Shown: in pieces, positions 32,613 through 41,410 of the stretch
How the letters are laid out: each line of letters begins with the position of its first letter
Position numbering within the stretch: the stretch's first letter is position 1
Assembly (NCBI GenBank): GCA_000002445.1
Contig: CH464491.1
Location: 4,096,001-4,160,000, forward strand
Direction: 5' to 3'
From: Trypanosoma brucei
Taxonomy: Eukaryota
Length of the DNA stretch: 64,000 nucleotides
Position numbers and translations under genes: made by a program
The notes under the pieces: model-generated
The model's input: only the letters and a program-made list of their open reading frames with translations
Told to the model about the DNA's origin: nothing
Databases searched by the model: none

Positions 32613-35600
32613 TCAACTACTTTCGGGAGCGCCTCCCATTCGATGTTGCCGGGTGTACTCATACATAACGATAGATCCTGTCACGTGAACGTTGAGGGAG
32701 CGTATTAAACCGTACTGCGGAATCTCCACACAGACGTCGAGGACCGTGAGCAACTGCGCTGGTATACCATGCCCTTCAGCGCCAAGCACGATGACTGCCC
32801 GCTTCGGAAACTGGTACGATGACATCGGGACACTCCCCGCTGTCTGTTCGATTCCAACAAGCGTATATCCGTCCTGCCGCAGCGAGCTGAGGTAACCCGA
32901 GAGTGCCTTCACCTGGACAGCGCTCCAAGGCAGCCACAGGTCAGAGCTTCGGGCCGCCGCGACGAAGTGCGGATGCTCGAGCACAGCAGCATCTGACACA
33001 ACAACCTTCTCAACAGCGAATACCTCCCCACAACGGAAAAGTCCCGCGACGTTCACAGGGTTCTGCAACAGAGATGCAATCACAATAACGGGTTGCCGTT
33101 CCGTTTTCAACGCACGTGGATGAAGTTCGTCATAAAGTTGACTACTCCACCACGGGGTTGCCTTGCGCTGGACATTTTCATAGCCAGTAACCGACGACAT
33201 CCCTTCGGAGATGTGGGTATCAGCAGTGAGTACCGCAACCGCCTCTGGCGTGTAGTCCACACAAAACAACGCGGTGCTTTTCGTGTGAGGAATGTAAGGA
33301 AATTCTTTCAAGGGCTCTAGCACTCGCGAAGCTTCGAAGTGTTGCATGAGCACCTGAACTCGAATTTGATCTACAGGAGTAAGTACACCGGTTAGACAAG
33401 CTACCTCGCGGTCAATAAACCTCATTCGCTCAAACGCCACCGCGGGAATACTCACCAGAAGAATATTATTTCCTTCTCTCCGCTGAATGCAGAACAATTG
33501 CCGGGGAGTGCAGGCCTCTCGAACGTCAAAAAATAATTGTTCAGCGTGCTGGACACGAAACTTCACATGCTCCGGCGCATTGGCAACGTAGTCAAATATG
33601 CTCTCTTCATTAGCTGAAAACACGATCCCCCTAGCGACAGATGCTTCGCGGATGAAGTTAAGCCCTATATGACAAACCAGACGCAGCATGTGTTGATGAG
33701 ATGTACTCTGCTGAAACAGACGATGCAGAAGCGTGTCCATCAAACCATCCACGGGTTCCACCTCTCCCCGGAGTTCTCGCAGTATAACGTGTGCTGAGAT
33801 GAATACGTAGCTTCCAATCACTTGCGGCCGGAGCTGATAATTGGCCATTGCGTTATCTATGATCCAATATAACTGTGGCTGCCTCTGCAGCAGCTGCAGT
33901 GCGAAAAGTTCCATCAGCCGGCGGACACTACCCATATTTGTAAGTGTAAGGCACTTCATCACCACCACGTGCAGGAGGTCCCGCTGCACGGTAGGGCTTC
34001 GAACCATGGGCACTAGCGCACACAGTAGCTGCCAGAGACGCATGCGGGACCGATGTGCCTTCGAGTTTGGCATACAGGGCTCGTGATTTACAGCTGGATT
34101 ACTGTTGTTCCACTCCAACAGCTGCAATGTGACATCTGCCGCCCACTCTTCCTTCTTAAAACAGCAGCACAAAATTGCTGAGATCGCCATAGCCCGCCCA
34201 ACATATGATAGACGGACCGTTGGGGGATACTGCACACGTAGTGATTCGGGCCACGCCTTCAACATAAGGGGCTCCAAAGCAGCCACAAGAACCTCGGCAC
34301 CCTCCTCTTCACGACTTGGATTGTGTAAGACAGCAACATGCAGCAAAAGCTCCTTCAGTCGCAACCAGTTGGACTCCGGATCGCGCAGCACCTCCGTCGA
34401 CAAGGTTACCGCAGCTATGTATCCGGCACGTTCCGACTGTGCTTCATCAAGTAGCGTACGGTATATGTGCGTTTTGACCAATTCCTCCTCACACTCAACC
34501 CCACACCGGAGGGCGTCAAAGGCAAGAACAGTCATACGGCAGTGATCCCTCCCTCCTGCAACGCCCAGATGGCCAAACATGGCGTTAATTATAGAACGCC
34601 GGTCAATATTTACGCTGCTGTCACCTTTTGGGGAAGCCGGCGCAGACGCAACCCACGAAAGAATACCATAGATGCTAGTGAGGTTGCTTTCCCAGCACCG
34701 CTCTACCTGATCTAGACCGTATTCCTCCAGTTCGTGCACCAGCTCTGGCACCGCGCTCTGGTCCATGCAGCTGCAGAGTAAAAAAATCACGTCATAAACA
34801 CACCCGTAGTACTGTGCAAGCACATTGGACCACGAGAGGTCTGTCAAAGAACAAGGTATATCGCAGGCAGAAAGTCGCAATGCCGGACAGCGCATGAGGG
34901 TACGAATGCAACGCGCGCGGTCATTGTTTGACAGGCACCTAAGAAAAGTCTTGTCCTCATCTCTTCGCTTGTCGTTTATGGAAATATTATCTCCAGTGCC
35001 AACAAGCCCGCAGAGCATTCCCTTCAACGCACGAGACGCGTTGCGCGCCAGAACTATGTGCGCAAAATGTTGAGCGACTCTGCGCGACTCATCCTCCGGA
35101 ACAATAGCGGGGAACCCCTCGGCAACCACGCTCAGAAGCTCCACAAAGTCACTTATGCGTTTACCACTCCTCAGTACCACGGAAGCTGATGAATGATCAT
35201 ATGACACGGCAATTTGTGATATGGTAACCACAGCAGCAACAACGGCATCCCATCGCGATGTGCTCTGAAGCGCCCACGCCTCGGCAGACAAATCACCCAG
35301 GGTCGTGACCTCCTTAATCGAGTGAAATGCCTGTCGGAGGGAACTAATCGCCAACCCACTAACAGCATCTTCCACATCAAGTATGACGGACAAGGGGAAA
35401 TACCGTGTACAAGGTTGTGACCCGACCGAGTGGTGAAACTCGACAAAGGCAACCAACGCCACAAAAATGTCCTCAGCTTCACTATACGGTCTTCTGCCAA
35501 ACGAAAGAACCATTTCGGCGAGTTCCCGCGCCACATCTGCGAGCACCTGTCTGTCTTCTCCCCCCATACTATCCAATGCACCTAAGAGAAACATCAACTG

Positions 35601-37763
35601 CTTGCCTTGTACTTCATCGGAGCCTTTTGTGCGGATGAAGTTCCGGATTTTATCGAGCACGTTGTCCACTTGCAGCAAATCACGTACAAATCTGTAGTTG
35701 GACCCCCCGACCCCAGCTTCCTGCGCCACGGACAGCAAGTGCTCATTCAGGTAATATGGGCTGATACATGTCCCAGCAACCCCCACGTGGGCTATCGTGT
35801 CCACAGTCATGAAACTGCTACCGGCGGAGGTCCCAAGGGGTCCGCACATACATAATAACTTCCAGAAGTTACTGCTCTTACGCACTGTTTTTGGATCCAT
35901 CCGAGCAAACTGAAGAAGGACGTGAAAAGCGATGGCACTAAGTCGTACATCAATCCAGAATGGAACCTTCTCCTGTGCTGCATCCCTAAGCACAAGCATG
36001 AATTCCGTCAACACCACATCGTCGGTAATCATCTCTACCGTTGCACATCTGCTCACGTCATCAATTTCCAACGCGAGCGTGGTGACTACCCCGTGAAGGA
36101 TCCGAAGGATCATTGTTGCTCCATGTACGCTGGGCTTTTCCACCACACAATGCAGCATACGTCGCATGGCCTCCTTGCGCTCAACCGCACCCTGCACGAC
36201 GTCACAAAAGAGGAGTGCATAAAACTGCTCAAGCTGATCCACCAAAGGTCCAGCTGTTCCCACGAGCGGCGACACCTCCCTCCCCTCGAAGCCCTTAGGG
36301 CCAAAGAAAGATGTAAGGTGGGAGGCACGGTCAACCTCCGCGCACAGTCTCGTGTCAAGGGAAACTTCCAATACGCTGGTGAATAAAAATTTTCTGGGGA
36401 ACAACTTTAGCAGTGGGGCGGATAGAGACCACAGGCGCATGAGCCCGATTTTGCGGAATGCCACATTTGGGTGAACCAACATTTTTAAAAAGAGTAGGGT
36501 CACCCACAGGGGGTGAATACCTCCCTTGAGCTGCAGGAGTAATATCTCATCCCCAGTTTCCCCAAAATCCGCCCACACGCTAGCGTCAGCTGTCACCTTT
36601 TCCACCAAAGAATCCAGTTTGGGAAGTATCGGTTGAATAATGTGCATTCCATAATCATTAGTTACCTCCAGAATAAGAAACAACATTTCCCACAGGTTGT
36701 TACTCACCGTTGGCACCCACACAAAGAGTGGATGGTATATTCTGCTGGCATCCCACTTCTCGCGCAACTCCTGGTCACGGGTCATTGCCACTATACGCTT
36801 GAGAAGATACTCAGCTCGCGACTGCATGTTCACGCGGTTCTCCACACTGCCACTGCCCGTACAGGCTCCATAAATTGCAGCGTGAATCGTGTCCCACAGA
36901 TTTGTTGAGCATCGGTAGTCCCGCTGCCTGTCACCATCCACGCATGAAAACAAGCATTCAAACAATGCTGCAATTAGCACAACAGTGTCTATCTGACTGC
37001 CCGCATTACACGTTAGCAGTGAACAAATACGGGAATGACCATCTTCCAAGAGAGCCTTGTCACCTAACGACAGCAGCGGAATCAGCACGCGGCGACAAAG
37101 GTACGAGCCCTGTGCGGATTCTTCACGCATATAAGGGATCGCATTAAGCGCGTAATCGATCACCATGCTTCTGATCGTGATACCACGCTCCTCTTCGCTA
37201 CGAATCTTTGCTTCATCGACCTCGTCATCGTTCATCCCCCTCGGGCCCCGCTTGCATCTCTCGTTCAGAGTGACCAGTGCAGTGGCAAACTGGGCCAATA
37301 GTTCGATAGCGCACTCCTTAGGTACCGTCAAATTGGTGTCAACCCCGCGAAGTGAATCCCCTGCCGCCACCAGTATTGCAATACTGCAACCCGAGAGGGT
37401 CACTTGTACAATGGAATAAAAAACGGCAGCAAGCACAGACTTTGGGTATGGTGGATGTGCCGTTAGGATGGACACCATCTCCACTTCCCACTTTGTAGTT
37501 TCTTCCGTACCACATCCACCGCCGCCAGAGGCGTCACAAAGGATCAGTGCACCACTGCAATATATATGCGCATCTGTACACATCTCCTTCTCGCTTTCGA
37601 GTAGTGCCAAAATCCGCAAAAACTGAAGCCGCCGCTCCCGGCCGCACATCGCCATCGCCAACTCCTTTGCTACGCCGAAGGCTTTGGAAGGATGAGGCTC
37701 ATTTTCTCCCTTACAAAAGCAACGAACCAACGCAACGACAACATCCTCCACCTTCGCTTCCAT
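32613..37763 (-). CDS. Trm3/TARBP1-like giant protein with a C-terminal SpoU/TrmH-family RNA 2'-O-ribose methyltransferase domain (~1716 aa)
   Basis: The C-terminal ~150 aa (..VIVIASLLQNPVNVAGLFRCGEVFAVEKVVV.. ..AVIVLGAEGHGIPAQLL...IPQYGLIRSLNVHVTGSIVMYEY) is a SpoU methylase fold. A long alpha-helical N-terminal region fits the Trm3 (tRNA Gm18) / TARBP1 architecture. The ORF-track start is TTG followed by 51 codons of translated pyrimidine tract (LLLVFYLKKKCCCCLFLLF); I trimmed to the ATG of MEAKVEDVV.. (about 37763). Confidence 0.7.
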   Translation of the reverse strand: MEAKVEDVVVALVRCFCKGENEPHPSKAFGVAKELAMAMCGRERRLQFLRILALLESEKEMCTDAHIYCSGALILCDASGGGGCGTEETTKWEVEMVSILTAHPPYPKSVLAAVFYSIVQVTLSGCSIAILVAAGDSLRGVDTNLTVPKECAIELLAQFATALVTLNERCKRGPRGMNDDEVDEAKIRSEEERGITIRSMVIDYALNAIPYMREESAQGSYLCRRVLIPLLSLGDKALLEDGHSRICSLLTCNAGSQIDTVVLIAALFECLFSCVDGDRQRDYRCSTNLWDTIHAAIYGACTGSGSVENRVNMQSRAEYLLKRIVAMTRDQELREKWDASRIYHPLFVWVPTVSNNLWEMLFLILEVTNDYGMHIIQPILPKLDSLVEKVTADASVWADFGETGDEILLLQLKGGIHPLWVTLLFLKMLVHPNVAFRKIGLMRLWSLSAPLLKLFPRKFLFTSVLEVSLDTRLCAEVDRASHLTSFFGPKGFEGREVSPLVGTAGPLVDQLEQFYALLFCDVVQGAVERKEAMRRMLHCVVEKPSVHGATMILRILHGVVTTLALEIDDVSRCATVEMITDDVVLTEFMLVLRDAAQEKVPFWIDVRLSAIAFHVLLQFARMDPKTVRKSSNFWKLLCMCGPLGTSAGSSFMTVDTIAHVGVAGTCISPYYLNEHLLSVAQEAGVGGSNYRFVRDLLQVDNVLDKIRNFIRTKGSDEVQGKQLMFLLGALDSMGGEDRQVLADVARELAEMVLSFGRRPYSEAEDIFVALVAFVEFHHSVGSQPCTRYFPLSVILDVEDAVSGLAISSLRQAFHSIKEVTTLGDLSAEAWALQSTSRWDAVVAAVVTISQIAVSYDHSSASVVLRSGKRISDFVELLSVVAEGFPAIVPEDESRRVAQHFAHIVLARNASRALKGMLCGLVGTGDNISINDKRRDEDKTFLRCLSNNDRARCIRTLMRCPALRLSACDIPCSLTDLSWSNVLAQYYGCVYDVIFLLCSCMDQSAVPELVHELEEYGLDQVERCWESNLTSIYGILSWVASAPASPKGDSSVNIDRRSIINAMFGHLGVAGGRDHCRMTVLAFDALRCGVECEEELVKTHIYRTLLDEAQSERAGYIAAVTLSTEVLRDPESNWLRLKELLLHVAVLHNPSREEEGAEVLVAALEPLMLKAWPESLRVQYPPTVRLSYVGRAMAISAILCCCFKKEEWAADVTLQLLEWNNSNPAVNHEPCMPNSKAHRSRMRLWQLLCALVPMVRSPTVQRDLLHVVVMKCLTLTNMGSVRRLMELFALQLLQRQPQLYWIIDNAMANYQLRPQVIGSYVFISAHVILRELRGEVEPVDGLMDTLLHRLFQQSTSHQHMLRLVCHIGLNFIREASVARGIVFSANEESIFDYVANAPEHVKFRVQHAEQLFFDVREACTPRQLFCIQRREGNNILLVSIPAVAFERMRFIDREVACLTGVLTPVDQIRVQVLMQHFEASRVLEPLKEFPYIPHTKSTALFCVDYTPEAVAVLTADTHISEGMSSVTGYENVQRKATPWWSSQLYDELHPRALKTERQPVIVIASLLQNPVNVAGLFRCGEVFAVEKVVVSDAAVLEHPHFVAAARSSDLWLPWSAVQVKALSGYLSSLRQDGYTLVGIEQTAGSVPMSSYQFPKRAVIVLGAEGHGIPAQLLTVLDVCVEIPQYGLIRSLNVHVTGSIVMYEYTRQHRMGGAPESS

Positions 37764-38676
37764 TCGGAGATGGGAACCTAGTAACACACCACGGATACCC
37801 AAAAGTACGAAAGAAAAAAGAAGAGGATACAATAAATGAAACAGCAAAAACAAACAACAACAACACTTTTTCTTTAGATAGAAAACCAACAACAGGACCC
37901 GCAACAGTATCGTCAAAATCTTGTTTGCCTGCAGCCAAAAGGAGGGGAAAAAACGTTACTGCGAGTAAGAATTGAACTGACGAGACAGACAATAGAGAGA
38001 GCGACACAAAGTTCACGTTATAAGTAACAGCAGGGGTTACGAAAACATGAACAATATCACAAAAGAAATTAAACTAGAAAAAAGAAGCACATTCACGTAT
38101 TTTGGAAGAGCGTTCATTAACCGGTATCACCGACGGCAGTAGTAATAATTACACAACACGTATATATATATGAAGTACAAAGGGTATCAAGAGAAGCACA
38201 GCAACAGCTACATGAAAGCGGACACACACAGCATAACCACTTCACTCTCTTCGGTCAGCAAACCAACAAAAACCATAACATGGGTAAGTCTTGGATTAGA
38301 AACCGAATTAATCCGGATACGAAAAAGGGGGTCCAAAAAGATAGAAGAGTGTGGCGATGTAGAGAAAAAGACAAAGTGAGTTGTGTGACTCACATGACAA
38401 TAGGGAAAGCGGAAAACAGATCCGTATCCCCTCACCCAACTAATACAGCAGCTTCCCACTACTCAAATTAATGAAGGCGCTGACGCAATAAGGATGTGGA
38501 TCTGAATTATACCTCAGTGGGTGGATGCAGCAACAAGTTGCTATGATGTCATGGCAAGAAAGTGCCTAACTACGGGGAGGTACACAAACAAAGTAAACAC
38601 GGCAGCGCACATGGAGGCATTCCAAACAGTAATCCAAAACACAACATATATAGATCTTGTGGGAGGGGAATGTGCT

Positions 38677-38700
38677 ATATATATATATATATATATATAC
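38677..38700. repeat. (TA)12 microsatellite in repeat copy A, (TA)14 in copy B
   Basis: Counted directly: gc(ta)12cg in A, gc(ta)14cg at 45232..45259 in B. Confidence 0.8.
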
Positions 38701-39779
38701 GTAACCACTAATATCAAATCGAGAAGAATTAGGAAAGAGGGAAACGTGAGCAACAAATAAACCATCTGTCAGAAAACGTAACGCATCAGTGTACACAAAC
38801 ACACACAACTCTGGGGTAGTAATGTGCCACACTCCAGAAAACAAGAATCAAACTGAAGCATTTGATCATCAGTTTCACCACACACGAAGGTAAGGGGATA
38901 TATGAAACCAGATTCGCAGGGCTCCTCACAAGTACCACACTTCATCGCGCTGCCCAGTCAGACCACCAAACACCACGTGCGATGTGTGCAGACAAAAGGG
39001 AAGTTTGTGTTGGATGCAGGAAAAGGTATAGTGGCAAAGGGATTTAAAGGACAAAAAGAAGGGATAAAATAGAAAACACTATACAACACGTAATGCAACG
39101 TCTCAACCATAGGGATTAAACACCTAAAGGCTTACCCACCCACAACCCCAACCGCAGAAAATCCAATAATAATGGTGAGGAGGAGGGAAACAGCCTCTCT
39201 AAACAGCGTACCATAGAGACATTTGCGAAAAGGAAAGGGGTATTTTATTTTTGCACAAGGAAAAAAAAGAGCGAGGGAATTAACAAAAATTCAAAAAAAG
39301 GAAAAAAATAGATAGAAAATAACACAAAACCGTCAGTATCATAAGGGAAAATGTTAAAAAACAATCGTTCGCATACAAAGAACAGTAAAATAACAACAAG
39401 AAATGCTGAATTGCCCTTCCATACATTTATATATCTATGGAATTCTACGGCAAGCATCTTTAGACACTCATGAAAACTGTTATAGACATGGCTATGCAGC
39501 GTCCGCGGGGGAGAACGGCATCCAACAAACCATATAATGCAGTTTTCTTACTTCATCCACTAATATTACCAAGTTGCATCATTGATTCATAGGCCTCCCA
39601 TCATCAGTGGCATTATGTGAGACATGCATTTTCAACCCCATATCGCTGTCGCAAATGCCTAAATTCACACAAGAAAGGGGATGAACGAGAAAAATAAAAA
39701 AAACAAGAGGGAAAACAAAGAAGGAAAAGAAAAGAAAAGAGGGTATACTTCAATTAGGTCACGGGTTCTGACACATCCG

Positions 39780-41168
39780 CTACTTCTTAACCTCGTCGTA
39801 AATGGTTAATGCCGTACCAAACACAACAGCGAATACGCCGACAATGAGCAACTGGTATGTGACAGCGTAGTTGAACCACCCAACCTCTTTCAGAGAGAAG
39901 TTCCCCGCATACATGTAATACAGTGCTGGTAGAATAAAAGCAAGGAAGCCACCACAGAAACTTCCAAGAAAGTTGAAGACAACTTCAATACTGGGTAGCA
40001 CAAGTCCCAGTACGAGAGCGAGGGTAGCCAAGACACCACTCACTACGAGGTTCTTCCAGCTGTCAACATCAGACGTCTTCCCCCATCCCAATACATAATA
40101 AATCGCATCACGAGATGGCTGGATGCAAATAGCGAATCCTACGCATATCTTGATAGCGATGCCAACATACCCGATGGCCATCATCACATCATCTTGTGGT
40201 TTGTACAATTTGAGTACGGAGCCTTCTAGATCATTCCCGAAATCAAGATAACCGAAGATACCAGACAAGAAATACAGGAGACCAACCATCGACATCGCCA
40301 CACTACTGTCGCGCGTCATTCGCCGTGGGGTGGGTCCCTTCATCTCTTCATACACCTCAAAACAATTCACCTGACATATGAAGGCAAATACAAACAGTGT
40401 GAAGCCATTCAGAATCCCCCATCCATCACCGACGAGTCGAATGTCCGATCCTATCCCGTCTTTCAAGCCATTCATCGCAGCGTGTACAATCATGCATATC
40501 ACAAAGAAAACAATGAAGAAAACACCCACAGCAGAAGCATATCGAAGTGAGTTAATCTCCTTGGGAAGCGAGAGTGGTAACATGGCAACCAACCAAACTA
40601 CACCAACAATAACGTTCTTTCCCATCGATGTCCTCAGGAATCCAGTTGTTGAAGGCTGATTCAAAAGTGGAGAGAGTAAGTCACCCACTGATATCACGTA
40701 CCCAACGCAGGTTCCAAAGCAGAAAACAAACATCAAGAAAGCCGTAAAGTAGTCTGCACCGCGGCCAAGCAACCCACACGCCATCTCCTCATACGAACGG
40801 AATCCAGTTTTGTCCCTAGTGATCACGAGTATGCGGATAGAGTACACTGTGGTGAAGCAGATGTACACCAACATTAACGTGGCAATTATTATGCCAGAGT
40901 TGAGGAAACCAGAAGGCAGCATCACAATTCCAGCACCAAGGGTAGCACTCTCCAGGTTAAACACATTTGACGCCATTCCACCATATGGAACAATTCCCTT
41001 GATGGGGTCAAATACCGTGTTCAGGCAGCCCCTGTGCTCCCCGTCAGCAGCTGCTGTAGATTTATCGCTGTCTGGAGGTAATTCCAACACATTACCCTGA
41101 GACAAGCTTGGTATTAAGGTTGGGTGTTCGTCCTCGTTTATTATTGGCTCTGTTGCCCTGGGTGACAT
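39780..41168 (-). CDS. amino acid transporter (Aa_trans/AAAP family, AAT-type, ~11 TM), copy 1
   Basis: True ATG (cat at 41166..41168). 462 aa with multiple hydrophobic helices. Typical kinetoplastid AAT architecture: a hydrophilic N-terminus MSPRATEPIINEDEHPTL.. followed by ..LGAGIVMLPSGF... Confidence 0.85.
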   Translation of the reverse strand: MSPRATEPIINEDEHPTLIPSLSQGNVLELPPDSDKSTAAADGEHRGCLNTVFDPIKGIVPYGGMASNVFNLESATLGAGIVMLPSGFLNSGIIIATLMLVYICFTTVYSIRILVITRDKTGFRSYEEMACGLLGRGADYFTAFLMFVFCFGTCVGYVISVGDLLSPLLNQPSTTGFLRTSMGKNVIVGVVWLVAMLPLSLPKEINSLRYASAVGVFFIVFFVICMIVHAAMNGLKDGIGSDIRLVGDGWGILNGFTLFVFAFICQVNCFEVYEEMKGPTPRRMTRDSSVAMSMVGLLYFLSGIFGYLDFGNDLEGSVLKLYKPQDDVMMAIGYVGIAIKICVGFAICIQPSRDAIYYVLGWGKTSDVDSWKNLVVSGVLATLALVLGLVLPSIEVVFNFLGSFCGGFLAFILPALYYMYAGNFSLKEVGWFNYAVTYQLLIVGVFAVVFGTALTIYDEVKK

Positions 41169-41215
41169 CTGCAGTTAACGTGAGTACTTAACTTTACAAT
41201 ATGCGCAGTAAGTGA

Positions 41216-41262
41216 GGAAAAGTAAGAAAATAAGAAAAAAAGAAAAGGAGTCAAACGCCCTG
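41216..41262 (-). promoter_or_regulatory. polypyrimidine tract on the coding strand upstream of the transporter ATG (candidate trans-splicing / polyadenylation signal region)
   Basis: + strand reads gtaagaaaataagaaaaaaagaaaaggag, which is a C/T-rich run on the minus strand 50-100 nt 5' of the ATG. This is the standard kinetoplastid arrangement. An identical tract sits upstream of copy 2 at about 47813..47859. Confidence 0.5.
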
Positions 41263-41410
41263 GCGTAACACAACAGTATATGACACAAACAATCAGGGAG
41301 GCGTAACCACAACATAAACACACAACACACAGATGCGAAAATGAGAGTAAGGACATAGAACTCAAACAGGAGCATTATCCACGCATCTTCACGCAACGCT
41401 TCCCACAACC

